Counted from the first letter of the whole stretch, positions 1 to 12,990 are shown. The stretch is DNA of 63,949 nucleotides, filler included, from Octopus bimaculoides (GCF_001194135.2; 6 parts of 6 records of this genome joined end to end with filler, not necessarily neighbours in it); one strand, 5' to 3'. Numbers and translations are program-made. Notes: generated by a model not told the origin, from the sequence alone.

Positions 1-222
1 ATATATATCATGAATAGTCAGGAGGATTACGGCCGTTTCGTAGCCTTCGACATGTTAAAATAACTTCATTGTATAATAAATTATTTTACACGTCTGCACC
101 AATACGCATGCTACACATTGCACAATACAGTTCTATAATTACATACAAATCAATGCAGATATAGAAGGTTAGCTCTCCAGATTGCCAGAATATCATGTAT
201 GTATATATATATATGCTAAAAT

Positions 223-410
223 TTAGACACCATGTGATGAGTCACAGGTTTCAACACAAAGGTAATCTCGACGACAACCTTTCCCTTCTTGAAATGAATA
301 ACCTTCTGGACAGCAGCTCGCTGTTGCCTTTCCGTTGTAACACTTCCAGTATATTCTACATTTACCATTTACAGGCAGCTCGGAATTGTCTGGCATGTAT
401 TTGCATAGTT
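223..410 (-). CDS. Chitin-binding type-2 (CBM14-like, 8-Cys) module exon D, probably terminal
   Basis: Acceptor AG at 412-411. Phase-1 translation ELCKYMPDNSELPVNGKCRIYWKCYNGKATASCCPEGYSFQEGKGCRRDYLCVETCDSSHGV*, with TAA at 225-223. A weak alternative donor (G|GTGTCT) would end the exon at 231. Homologous to three upstream exons. Confidence 0.85.
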
Positions 411-646
411 CTTTGGAATGTAAAAATAAAGAAATATGTATGATAACTATTTACAATAATTTGTTGCATGTGTAAAATAAAAATGCAAGACATATTAAGG
501 TGTGTGCAATCCGGCAGAATTTATGACTGTAGATTACGAATAATTTACTAGTCAGCTCGGATGGGATTTCAACTTGTGCGGTAACGAGATGTGACAAAAC
601 ATCTTGGGAGTAGTACCTCCAATTTTACCAGTTCTGACTTTTATTC

Positions 647-710
<64 letters not shown>

Positions 711-1548
711 CCTTTCTACTATAGGCACAAGGCCTGAATTTTGGGGAGGGGATAGTCGATTACATCGACTCCCAATGTTTCACTGGTACTTAATTTATCA
801 ACCCCAAAATGATGAAAGGCAAAGTCGACCTCGGCAGAATTTGTGGTAGTAGAGGTAGAATGCCTCAAGGATTTCTGCTGCTTCTAACATCGACAGAAAA
901 TGACAGCTGGAAGAAGGCTTCGACCACTGACAACACCTGTTCTTTACATTCTGAGATCGAATTCCGTCGAAGTCTAGCGATATCAGGGTAAGAAAAATTT
1001 TAGAAATTTTTACTACCAGTGGCCTAGCGTGTAGAAAAATTTGTCAATATACTATATATTCTTCATATAAATACAGTGTACATTTAAACCCATAAGAGGT
1101 ATCAATTATAGCAAATTATTTTATTTGCTANNNNNNNNNNNNNNNNNNNNNNNNNNNNNNNNNNNNNNNNNNNNNNNNNNNNNNNNNNNNNNNNNNNNNN
1201 NNNNNNNNNNNNNNNNNNNNNNNNNNNNNNNNNNNNNNNNNNNNNNNNNNNNNNNNNNNNNNNNNNNNNNNNNNNNNNNNNNNNNNNNNNNNNNNNNNNN
1301 NNNNNNNNNNNNNNNNNNNNNNNNNNNNNNNNNNNNNNNNNNNNNNNNNNNNNNNNNNNNNNNNNNNNNNNNNNNNNNNNNNNNNNNNNNNNNNNNNNNN
1401 NNNNNNNNNNNNNNNNNNNNNNNNNNNNNNNNNNNNNNNNNNNNNTATATATATATGGGAGAATATACAAATAATAACAACAGACGAGGACAGGTGTTTG
1501 TATAGATGTGTTTACGTATGCATTGAGAGAAAATTACATAGAAAAGAC

Positions 1549-1630
<82 letters not shown>

Positions 1631-1659
1631 ACGGACAGACAGGCAGACAGATTATATAC

Positions 1660-1845
1660 CCCCTGCTGGTGATGGTATGCAACTTTCTCGACAACGATAA
1701 TTTCGTTGACATCCTTTCCCTTCTATGAACGAATAACCTTCTAAACAGCAGCTCGCTCTCGGCTTTCTGTTGTAACACGTCCAGTATCCTCTGCATCTGC
1801 CTTCCATTGGGAACGTCGAATGGTCTGGCAAATATCTACAACGAT
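1660..1845 (-). CDS. Chitin-binding type-2 module exon C (186 bp, phase 1/1)
   Basis: ttcataag| ... G|gtatat. Translates DRCRYLPDHSTFPMEGRCRGYWTCYNRKPRASCCLEGYSFIEGKGCQRNYRCRESCIPSPAG. Confidence 0.87.
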
Positions 1846-3803
1846 CTTATGAAATAAAATATAGAAATATATTTTAATTTGTTGTAAATATATTTAATGA
1901 TTTGATTCATATGTAAAAGGCTATAAATACGTGTCGAAGTGTATGAAATAATAGATTGCCCCTTGTGTGATTTGCAAGTACTTTACCAACCAGAAAGAAA
2001 CGAAAGCTGAAGCCAACCTTTATGGGACCTGGACTCACTAAGTAAAGGGAGATAACCAACTATTTGGATGCATTTAATCCAATTTGTCGAAATCTGCCTG
2101 ATTCAATTCTTCATTAATTATAAAAGAATTCTTTCTCATTTAGACTTAACGCCAGCAATTTCGAGTGAGACGGAATTAATCGGCTACATCGATCCCAGTA
2201 CTTGACTGATATGTATTATATCGTCCCCGAAACGGTGAAAACCAAAAGTGACCTCAGCGGAATTTGAACTCAGAACGTAAATATGTCTATGAAGAGAGGG
2301 GAAAGTGTATATGTCTATCATGTTCAATTAATAAACTGTAATATATTTCTCTCTCCCTCTCTCCCTCACTCCCTCACTCCCTCCTTCTTTCACCCTCTCT
2401 CTTTCTCTTTCATTTTTTTCTATCTATGTGTATATTACTGCGTGCGTGTGTGTTAATGTATGTGTAAGTCAGTGTGTGTGTGCGTGTGTTTGTGTGCGTG
2501 CGTGTGTGCGTTTGCCTCTAGTGCCAAAAAGTACAGTTGCCAAAACAAGCTGCATATCCAGTCAGCTGTACCAAATCGTCTACGTCCAAGCAGCAGTTTC
2601 ACCAAATCAACTCAATTCATTCAACTAGTACAGGAATGTATTTGAAATAGAAACATTATATCATGAATAGCAACGCGTTTATGCTCTTGGCCACTGATGC
2701 ACGAACGAATAATGTCATAATTTTGATTAATTTATTCTACAATGCATGCAGGCAGGCATACTGAGCTGATATCAACGTCAACTTATTGCCTCGGTTCTCA
2801 GCGAACTCAATATCTACTCTTTGTTTCATTTCACTAAGATTCAACATACATATATAATTTCCTTTTCGCTCAGTATATATCTACACCTATCCCTGACTTA
2901 GCTATTTCTTGTCTCATTAAGATTTTCTATGTTCCTCTGTGACCTTTGCTAAGGAGAAGCGAATAGTCGATTATATCGACTCCAGTGCTCGATTGGAATC
3001 GATAAAATCGACCTCGAAAGGATAAAAGACAAAATCGACCTCGAACTCAGAATGTAAAACCGGAAGCAATGCCGTTAGGCATTTTACCCAAACCCTTAAC
3101 GACTCCGCCAATCCGACAGTTTATGACCTTTATGGACTTTCCAATATCTCTTTAATAAAACTTTTAGCAAATTTTAGGTTCCTATGGATGCATTTCTTGT
3201 ATATTAGCTGGTATATAGCATACATGCCAATTTATTTTACTCTATGTTATAAGCATTTAATAATTCTTTTGTTAACATTGTGTGGATTATGATATTCATA
3301 TTTCATGTAATGTAGGCTCTCAGTACACTGATGTTCTAACTACAGTTTTGGCCCTTTCACCAAAACATCAATACATTGCTATCGATTGCTGTTTCCCATT
3401 TTTAAAGTAAAATAAACTGGTTTACGACGAACGGGTTTTCGTTGACACAGGGTTGGTAGAGTTGATTAAGCTCTACTTTCACTAGAACGTTAAAACTTTG
3501 CCTTAATTCGAATGCCCTGTGAGGATGAAAAATGTTATTCTCGCATTTATGTATAGACTGCATTCTGGTAATCTGATTAGAAACAGCTGTCAGCTTTGTT
3601 ATGTCTTGCTTTGTATCGATAAACAAGCTTTAAAATATGGTCCAATCGATGTGCTTGTTAATCTATGTCTTTCTCCATTTTCTAATTATTTGCATTACAC
3701 ACACACACACACACATACACAAATACACACACACACACACACACAAATACACACACACAAATACACACACACACAAATACACACACACACGGATGTTGAA
3801 TAC

Positions 3804-4010
3804 CTTGGAGACCATGTGGGTCTGGCACTGGATGTTGTGAATCACATTTTTCTTTACAGTGATAATCACGGCGACATCCTCTTCCTGGTTTAAAAGAGTA
3901 ACCCCACTGACAACATTTCTCTTCTGCTTTTCCGTTGTAACATCTCAAGTATTGTCTACATTTACCAGGCACGCGGAGTTCTGATCCCTGTGGCATGTTT
4001 CTGCAACGAT
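3804..4010 (-). CDS. Chitin-binding type-2 module exon B (207 bp, phase 1/1)
   Basis: tttgtatag| ... AAG|gtattc. Translates DRCRNMPQGSELRVPGKCRQYLRCYNGKAEEKCCQWGYSFKPGRGCRRDYHCKEKCDSQHPVPDPHGLQ (within ORF 3682..4065). Confidence 0.9.
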
Positions 4011-4154
4011 CTATACAAAGTAAAATAAATTGGGTATCATTCATAGCGTACGATATAGAATTCAATATTGTTACAGAAAACTGTTAAAACACACACAAAT
4101 ATACACAAACACAGAGGACAAAATCATCTACTCAGATACATACGTTCATACTGC

Positions 4155-4264
<110 letters not shown>

Positions 4265-4445
4265 CAGTATTCATCTTATTTTAAGATTTCTTGCCAATAG
4301 AGAAAGAACCGGTTTCTAACCTAGATCCAAGGCTCCTTCATTTGGATTTCAACACCAAGAACAAGATATTTTTGTTTTTATATATGTATGTATATGTGTG
4401 TGTATGTCTGTGAATGTGTATGTTTTGTGTGTGTGTGTGCGTGTC

Positions 4446-4501
<56 letters not shown>

Positions 4502-5054
4502 GAAAGAGAGATCGAGAGAGAGGGAGATTGTCCATGCTACTGAAAATCCAAAAGACCAACTCGATAAGACCATGGAATCAAGAGGTATGATTTGATTTGA
4601 TTTCATCTAGTTTCAGCTCATGAGTTATGGCCATGCTGGGGCACCGCCATTTAGAAGACATGAATAGATATTTAACCGCGTAAATTCTATTGGTTTACAG
4701 CCGTTTCACAGTCTTCCTATACTATTAATTTCAGTATGGAAGAAATTATGCGTACATGTTTATGTTAATATGTATACTTAGCATTGTACAATGCAATTGC
4801 ATGTTCTTAAATTGATACAAAGAAAGAAATCTAGCTGTTCTGTTCACTGGAGCATACTTACACCGACAATTCAACTGTGTATTCATCCGTGAACACTATG
4901 GGGATAATGGATAAAATCTCTAAGGATATTGTGGATTTTGTCAACCCGAAATTATAGAATATACAAATCTGGTGAGTGTATTTGGAGGCAAATATTTGTG
5001 AATATATTAAAGAAGAATCTATACATATTTATAACTATGTGTGCCTGCTTAGGG

Positions 5055-5121
<67 letters not shown>

Positions 5122-5938
5122 NNNNNNNNNNNNNNNNNNNNNNNNNNNNNNNNNNNNNNNNNNNNNNNNNNNNNNNNNNNNNNNNNNNNNNNNNNNNNNN
5201 NNNNNNNNNNNNNNNNNNNNNNNNNNNNNNNNNNNNNNNNNNNNNNNNNNNNNNNNNNNNNNNNNNNNNNNNNNNNNNNNNNNNNNNNNNNNNNNNNNNN
5301 NNNNNNNNNNNNNNNNNNNNNNNNNNNNNNNNNNNNNNNNNNNNNNNNNNNNNNNNNNNNNNNNNNNNNNNNNNNNNNNNNNNNNNNNNNNNNNNNNNNN
5401 NNNNNNNNNNNNNNNNNNNNNNNNNNNNNNNNNNNNNNNNNNNNNNNNNNNNNNNNNNNNNNNNNNNNNNNNNNNNNNNNNNNNNNNNNNNNNNNNNNNN
5501 NNNNNNNNNNNNNNNNNNNNNNNNNNNNNNNNNNNNNNNNNNNNNNNNNNNNNNNNNNNNNNNNNNNNNNNNNNNNNNNNNNNNNNNNNNNNNNNNNNNN
5601 NNNNNNNNNNNNNNNNNNNNNNNNNNNNNNNNNNNNNNNNNNNNNNNNNNNNNNNNNNNNNNNNNNNNNNNNNNNNNNNNNNNNNNNNNNNNNNNNNNNN
5701 NNNNNNNNNNNNNNNNNNNNNNNNNNNNNNNNNNNNNNNNNNNNNNNNNNNNNNNNNNNNNNNNNNNNNNNNNNNNNNNNNNNNNNNNNNNNNNNNNNNN
5801 NNNNNNNNNNNNNNNNNNNNNNNNNNNNNNNNNNNNNNNNNNNNNNNNNNNNNNNNNNNNNNNNNNNNNNNNNNNNNNNNNNNNNNNNNNNNNNNNNNNN
5901 NNNNNNNNNNNNNNNNNNNNNNNNNNNNNNNNNNNNNN

Positions 5939-6838
5939 TCAGATAAGGACCGTCGGACTCTTACGCAAATTGTTAGAAAGGATCACAAAAGTACAGCTCC
6001 TAAAATTACTGCAGAGCTTAATGACCACCTCGAGAAACCAGTTTCCACAAGAACTGTTTTCCGGGAGCTGCACAAAGCTGGATTTCACGGGAGAGTTGCA
6101 ATCAGAAAATCTCTACTTTCAAAAACAAACATTACAAAGCGTTTAGAGTGGAGTAAAAACCTACAGAATTGGTCCCTAGAGCAGTGGAAGAATGTTGTTT
6201 TCTCGGACGAGTAATCCTTTACCTTATTTCCGACCAACGGCCGAGTATACGTGTAGAGACAGCCAAAAGAAGCATTTGACCCAGACTGCCTTCTTCCAGC
6301 TGTTAAACATGGAGGAGGATCTGAGATGATCTAGCGGGGCTATATCTTGGAAATCCGCTGGCCCAATGGTTTCCCTTCATGGCAGAATTAATAGTCAAGA
6401 CTATTTAAGCATTTTATCTGATCAAATTCATCCTATAGTTGTGGAACTATTTCCAGAAGGAAATGCAATCTTTCAGGATGATAATGCACCAATTCACACA
6501 GCTAAAGTTGTTACTGAATGGCACGGGGAACATTCTAGTGAAGTTGAACATCTTATCTGGCCACCACAGTCCCCAGATCTCAATATTATTGAACATTAAT
6601 GGTGCATTTTAGAAAAACAAATAAGGAGTCGATATCTTCTACCATCATTACTACAAGATATGGAGACTGTTTTAGTTGAGGAATGGACAAAACTTCCTTT
6701 GGAAACAATTCAAACTTTGTACGAGTCCATACCTCGTAGAATTCAAGCTGTAACTACTGGCAAAGGCGGTCCTACCCCATATTAAAATAAATTTGTTTGA
6801 AATTTTAAGGTGTTTCCATTATTTTGTCCAATCCCTGT
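5939..6838 (+). mobile_element. Tc1-family DNA transposon, degenerate transposase plus right TIR
   Basis: HTH region, WKNVVFSDE, FQDDNAPIH and WPPQSPDLNIIE motifs with in-frame stops. TIR-like end (gtttccattattttgtccaatccctg) at about 6811-6837. The 5' part is lost in the gap. Confidence 0.92.
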
Positions 6839-7009
6839 GTGTAAGTATGTATGTGTATNNNNNNNNNNNNNNNNNNNNNNNNNNNNNNNNNNNNNNNNNN
6901 NNNNNNNNNNNNNNNNNNNNNNNNNNNNNNNNNNNNNNNNNNNNNNNNNNNNNNNNNNNNNNNNNNNNNNNNNNNNNNNNNNNNNNNNNNNNNNNNNNNN
7001 NNNNNNNNN

Positions 7010-7980
7010 TATATGACATCTAAAACATCTGCATGCTCGAATCAAGTGGTCCTGGTTCATTTTAGACATTACTCTGACTATGGCAGCTTTCGAAGAATCT
7101 TTGGTATTATGGGCGTGTTCATTGACCTCTCTCTCAGCAACTCTCTACATGTAATAATTCAATGGATTGAGATCTGGGGAATTAAGAGGCCAAATGTTAG
7201 GGGGCTATATGATCATGAAAATTTTCAGCCATCCATTTCTGTGTTATTGGAGCCATGTGTGATTGTGCAGAGTCTTACTGAAACACATATGACCTTCCAT
7301 TGCATACACTGTCTATCCAGTGCTTAACAATTATTTCCAGGACCACAATGTAGGCGGCTTGTGGAAAGAAGTGAGAAGGTATCACATGGCCTTCATTGCT
7401 GACAACTCCTAAAACCATAACAGTTGCAGGAAATTTTGTATGCATAACACTTGGAACTTCAGAAGGGTCTGTACATAACCATCTGTTAATTCGTCAGTTA
7501 ACCTTTTGATCTCGGTCGAAGTTTTTCTCGCTTGAGAAAAACCAAAGTAAATCTTCTGTTGAATTTTTCAGTTTTTTTAAGAGCCTTATAGATCTGATGT
7601 AGTGGTTTTCTTCTGGTTTTTCTGGCAAATTGACCTTTCCTCATCATATTAGACTTATATCTGAAGTCTTCGTGTGCAGCATTTCTGACTGTTCCTTCTG
7701 ACACATGGAGATCTTTTGCAATTGAACTCATGGACTTTCTGGGATTGGAATCAATAGTCTGTTGAACTTGCTGGATAAATTCAGATGTTCTGATGGTTTT
7801 AGAGTGTTTAGAATGCTTTTATGCTTTGATACTAGCTATACATTTTCATCTTCAGTCTTGAACTCCTTACAAACTTTGCAGACGAAAAGTCTGGAAACTT
7901 TTAAAGATCAAGATACTTCTAAACCGCTATTCTCAGCCTTTATAACCACAATAACAGCATGCCTCTTCCTTTCTTGAGTA
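7010..7980 (-). mobile_element. maT/DD37D-like Tc1/mariner transposase relic
   Basis: Minus-strand VFQ*DSAQSH...WPLNSPDLNPLNYY has 37 residues between the catalytic positions, with a frameshift and stops. The N-terminal HTH-like region lies at about 7500-7980. Confidence 0.8.
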
Positions 7981-8089
7981 AGCTGAGGGCCTGCCATTAC
8001 TATTTTCTGAAACAAAGATTATACAGAGTTAGCAAAAAATACAGCAGTGACCCCAAAAAGGGTATGTCCTCAAATACCTTACGCACCCT

Positions 8090-8157
<68 letters not shown>

Positions 8158-8305
8158 AAACGACGGGTTTCTTTCAGTTTCCGTCTAACGAATCCACTCA
8201 CAAGGCTTTAGTCGGCCCGAGGCTATTGTAGATGACACTTGCCCAAGGTGCCACGGAATGGGACTGAACCCGGAACTATGTGTTTGGGAAGTAAGCTTCG
8301 TACCA
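8158..8305 (-). mobile_element. tRNA-derived SINE family B, 5' part
   Basis: Reverse complement matches the family head seen at 25330, 31424 and 37958 (...GGGTTCAGTCCCACTGCGTGGCACCTTGGGCAAGTGTC...). Confidence 0.8.
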
Positions 8306-8438
8306 TACACCACCTATATATGTTTATACATACGTATATGTGCATGGTATCGATAAATAACCTTTACAATTTGAAACATTCAGAAAAGAATAAAAAATAC
8401 AGATGACTCAGCAGAGTTTATTACAAAACAGATAAAGT

Positions 8439-8518
8439 TTAATTAGAAATGTCAGGACACTCCCCAGATGGGTTCCATTGGTTGCACGCAACACATCTAG
8501 ATGTTACAATACAACAGA
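8439..8518 (-). CDS. Candidate Cys-rich terminal exon of the chitin-binding gene
   Basis: Strong acceptor ctttgcaatttttacag|. Phase-1 frame gives (V)CCIVTSRCVACNQWNPSGECPDISN*, and AATAAA follows at 8422-8417. No homology recognised. Confidence 0.4.
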
Positions 8519-8554
8519 CTGTAAAAATTGCAAAGATAATTTATGAACACCGTA

Positions 8555-9400
8555 TATACAGGGTGATTAAAAAGTAACACTCGATTCTAAAATACTTATA
8601 AATTATTTGATTGTAATTTTTACCCAAAAATGGATATGAGAGGGAAGTTTTTAGTATGAGGTTTTATTTAAAATTCGATATGGGCTCCAGATGTCGCCAC
8701 CAGCTTCTTGAGTTGCCCGGAAATTGCTTCAACTGATTTCGCCTAGAAATCTGGTGGGATGTGAGATGATATAACTTCTCGTTTTCGCCCTTCAAGTTCT
8801 TCCAAAGTCTTTGCTTTGGTATAGTTGTTGTTGTTGTTGTTGGCACTCCGTCGCTTACGACGTTGAGGGTTCCAGTTGATCCGATCAACGGAACAGCCTG
8901 CTCGTGAAATTAACGTACAAGTGGCTGAGCACTCCACAAACACGTGTACTCTTAACGTAGTTCTCGGGGATATTCAGCGTAACACAGTGTGGCAAGGCTG
9001 ACCCTTTGAATTACAGGCACAACAGAAGCAGGAAGTAAGAGTGAGAAAAAGTTGTGGTGAAAGAGTACAGCAGGGTTCGCCACCATCCCCTGCCGGAGCC
9101 TCGTGGAGCTTTAGGTGTTTTCGCTCAATAAACACTCACAACGCCCAGTCTGGGAATCGAAACCGCGATCCTATGACCGCGAGTCCACTACCCTAACCAC
9201 TGGGCCATTGCGCCTCCACGGTTTGGTATAGTAGGCTTATTCTTTTAGCCAATCCCAAGAAAAAAGTCATAATGTGTTAAATCGGGACTCCTGTTTGACC
9301 ATTCATGCCGACCACGACAACCCAACCATCTCGTGGAGAAGTGGGCATTCAGCCATTCACGAACGACAAGAGCAATACGATTACAAGTAAAATGTTCATA
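8555..9400 (-). mobile_element. Tc1/mariner 3' fragment with TIR, split by a SINE
   Basis: TIR-like tatacagggtgattaaaaagt at about 8555. Minus-strand residues YTKAKTLEELEGRK...IPPDF*AKSVE...KLVATSGAHIEF* and a degenerate upstream segment at 9233-9400. Confidence 0.7.
8826..9221 (-). mobile_element. Full-length tRNA-derived SINE family C with (AAC)n tail
   Basis: Head GTGGAGGCGCAATGGCCCAGTGGTTAGG...GGTTTCGATTCCC (A and B boxes). 11-bp target site duplication tttggtatagt at 8815-8825 and 9222-9232. Confidence 0.92.
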
Positions 9401-9587
9401 CTTCAAAAACAAACACAAAAATATCGAGAAGAAAATTACAATTGATATTCAATTTATAAGTATTTTAAATATTTTAAGATAGAGAGTTACTTTTTAATCC
9501 CCTTGTATATAAACATGCATATCAACATATGTATGAATAGATAGACAAGCAGACATACAGACAGAGAGGTAAAAGGAGGTTGCATGC

Positions 9588-9794
9588 CTTGGAGATCGTG
9601 TGGGTCTGGCACTGGATGTTGTGAATCACACTTTTCTTTACAGTGATAATCACGGCGACATCCTCTCCCTTGTTTAAAAGAATAACCCCACCGACAGCAT
9701 TTCTCTTCTGCTTTTCCGTTGTAGCATCTGAAGTATTTTCTGCATTTGCCAGGTAAGGGGAACTCTGTATTGTCTGGTATGTGACTGCAGCGAC
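9588..9794 (-). CDS. Chitin-binding type-2 module exon A (207 bp, phase 1/1, GC donor)
   Basis: ttttgcatag| ... AAG|gcatgc. Translates GRCSHIPDNTEFPLPGKCRKYFRCYNGKAEEKCCRWGYSFKQGEGCRRDYHCKEKCDSQHPVPDPHDLQ. Close paralog of exon B. Confidence 0.85.
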
Positions 9795-9807
9795 CTATGC
9801 AAAATAT

Positions 9808-9873
<66 letters not shown>

Positions 9874-9946
9874 AGGATGGAGGGAGAGAGAGAGAGAAAT
9901 AAAGAGAGAGANNNNNNNNNNTGGAGGGAGAGAGAGAGAGAAATAA

Positions 9947-9979
<33 letters not shown>

Positions 9980-10072
9980 GAGACAGAGAGAGAGACAGAG
10001 AGAGAGACAGAGAGAGAGACAGAGAGAGAGACAACAGACGGACGGAAGACAGACAGACAGATAGATAGATAT

Positions 10073-10108
<36 letters not shown>

Positions 10109-10174
10109 GCGGATAGATAGACAGACAGACAGACAGGCAGGCAGACAGGCAGACAGACAGACAGACAGACAGAC

Positions 10175-10241
<67 letters not shown>

Positions 10242-10242
10242 G
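9808..10242. repeat. Compound microsatellite (GATA)n/(GA)n/(GACA)n
   Basis: Read directly. Confidence 0.95.
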
Positions 10243-12122
10243 ACATAGTATAATCTGATATGACTGTTACCTACAATCTCCCTCTACTGCAGTATCTTCA
10301 AAATGCATAATATTGGCTTCAAATTTTGACCCAAGGTCAGCAGATTTTCGTGGAGCAGAGGTAAGTTGATTATTTCGACCCCGGCGTTCAACTGGCACTT
10401 ATTTCATCGACACCGAAAGAATGAAAGGCAAAGTCGACCGCGACAGTATTTGATCTGAGAACGTAAAGATGGACGAAACCCCACTTGGTCGTTTGTCCCC
10501 ACATCACCCCCACGGTAACGCTTGTGCCAGATCGCCGCTTTAGAAAAATACGTAATATTTGTTAATCGGACAGAACTGCCAAAGTAGATGTCCATTNNNN
10601 NNNNNNNNNNNNNNNNNNNNNNNNNNNNNNNNNNNNNNNNNNNNNNNNNNNNNNNNNNNNNNNNNNNNNNNNNNNNNNNNNNNNNNNNNNNNNNNNATAT
10701 ATATGGAGAGAGAGAGCGAGCCAAACTGAGAGAAAGGGGATATAAAGAGAGGAACGCGACAAAGCAAGCCGTTTGAATTACACGTATAACTCATTTTTGC
10801 CGGCTGAGTAGACTGGTGCAACATGAAATAAAGCTCAAGAACACAATGCACCGGCAGGAATCGAACTCACGACCTTACGATCGTGAGCCGAATACTCTAA
10901 CCACCAAGCCACACGCCTTCACACAAATGCAATATCCATCCATCCATCCATCCATCCATCCATCCATCCATCCATCCATCCATCCATTCTAACTATCTAT
11001 TTAGTCTTCCGTTATTCACGAAATCCAACCAGTCGCGTCATTGCAGGAACATTTTTTGTGCCCAGGAAATATATATTTATATTTACTCGAATATTGATAT
11101 CAATATTCAGTTTTGGATTTATGTGGATGTAGTAAAGCTTCAGATTGCTTTCGGTAAGTTAGAATACACACTCACACACATTTCTATAGGAAATCTCTAT
11201 CATTACAAAAAGCCATATACATACAAAAGAATTCAAACCACCCTCCAGTTATAACTAAGAAATTTGTAGATAACATATGTAAATATGAGAATTTCTAAAT
11301 TATTTTCATACGGATACAATTGCAGCAGGATTACTCTCTCTCTCTTTCTCTGTCTATTTGTTTCTCTCTCGGTCTGTCTGTCTCTATTTCTACATAATGT
11401 ATATTTAGAAAACACACACACACATAAATATTATCTCTCTATATAATATTTATATATATGTATACATGTGTATATTTATTGTTTGTACTATTCTATATTT
11501 TATTTACCACATTGCAGCACTAATATATTTTGCCCACCTATCTAATTCGGTGCCCCGTTGCCTTCCATTTTAGCCACCATTACATTCATTTTTTTATTTA
11601 CTTACTAATTGTTTCTAAAGTGTATCACCTACTATTTTTCTACATTATTTTTTCTACTGAATTCGTCCATTGCATTCTTTATACATTTCAATACTTCTCC
11701 TTTCCTCTCTTTCCCTTTTCTTCCTTTTCTTTTTCCATTTTACCCTTTCTTTTATCCTCTCTTCTCTTTTGCCTCTTTCTTTATCTCCTTTATATTCTTT
11801 TACGTTCCGTTCTTTTTATTTTCCTTTTCTTTCTGTTACTCTCCCCCCTTTCGCTCTTTTTCCTTATCTCTCTTTCTTCCCTTTTGTTTCTTTCTTTTCC
11901 CTTTTTGTCATACTTTCTCTCCGTCCCTCCATCTTATGACAAGGGAACTATATATAAATGTGCGAACCCGATCAATTTCAAGTCGTAACTTATATGAAGA
12001 ACCCGTGCACTTATAGATGAAACCCAGGGTAGCAAGAGACTAACTCGACCCAAATAAAATATATTATTGATCTTTACCATGACGTTGAGCATTCTTTTTT
12101 TCTGATAGTTAACACCAAGCGG

Positions 12123-12201
<79 letters not shown>

Positions 12202-12800
12202 NNNNNNNNNNCTTTTTTTCTGATAGTTAACACCAAGCGGATATATATATACACATACATATATATATGTTGGACGAGGCTGTAGTGCCAGCCAACGAGG
12301 TAGGGAGACATTTCGGTGTCGATAAAATAAGTCCCAGGCGAGAACTGGGGGGGGGGGGCTCAACGCAATCGTCCTACCTTGTCCCCCTACATCGCTGGCC
12401 TTGGGCCCAAATTTGAAACCAATACGAAGGTGTTGGAAATTAATCGTAAAAGTGCTAGTATCCTACAACTGGAATGTAATGGAGTTAAAAATATAATTCT
12501 ACTGGCGTTTGAATAATGACTCGTATAAAAATAGTATACAAATTGTAATTGAATATATTTACCTATGCTCGTGTTCCCTATCTCAGAATAGAATGCTGTA
12601 TTGTAAGGAAATAGCGTGCTGTTGCAGTCAAAAATAAGCAATTAGGCAAATGAAGTATTTCCTCCATTAAAAAATATCCTAAAATATCGTCGAAATAATT
12701 GAAACTATAATTAAACACCATTAAATCAATTTTGAGGAATAAAAGTTGAGTTAATGCATATGCATGTGTGCATGTACATACACATGTACATGTATCTACG

Positions 12801-12853
<53 letters not shown>

Positions 12854-12897
12854 NNNNNNNNNNNNNNNNNNNNNNNNNNNNNNNNNNNNNNNNNNNN

Positions 12898-12909
12898 TTA
12901 ATTAATTAA
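12898..12909. other. Assembly spacer TTAATTAATTAA between N runs (also near 41433, 54868, 56788, 61915)
   Basis: The identical 12-mer with stops in all frames is flanked by equal-length N runs five times. It marks unsized joins. Confidence 0.9.
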
Positions 12910-12953
12910 NNNNNNNNNNNNNNNNNNNNNNNNNNNNNNNNNNNNNNNNNNNN

Positions 12954-12986
<33 letters not shown>

Positions 12987-12990
<4 letters not shown>

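Noticed and set aside
20-55. GAAACGGCCG near the window start (minus strand)
   Set aside because: No CUGANGA core is present.
2530-2610. Minus-strand Cys-containing stretch NCCLDVDD...ACFGNCTFWH*
   Set aside because: An in-frame stop lies immediately upstream and there is no usable acceptor.
4862-4925. Strong minus-strand donor (gtaagt) upstream of module B
   Set aside because: No acceptor gives a convincing phase-1/phase-1 exon or recognisable peptide.
11530-11940. 152-aa hydrophobic F/L/S-rich ORF resembling a membrane protein
   Set aside because: It is the translation of a pyrimidine-rich low-complexity tract and has no ATG start.
12093-12260. Duplicated about 45-bp segment on both sides of a 10-N gap
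   Set aside because: A contig-overlap artefact around a (CA)n tract.
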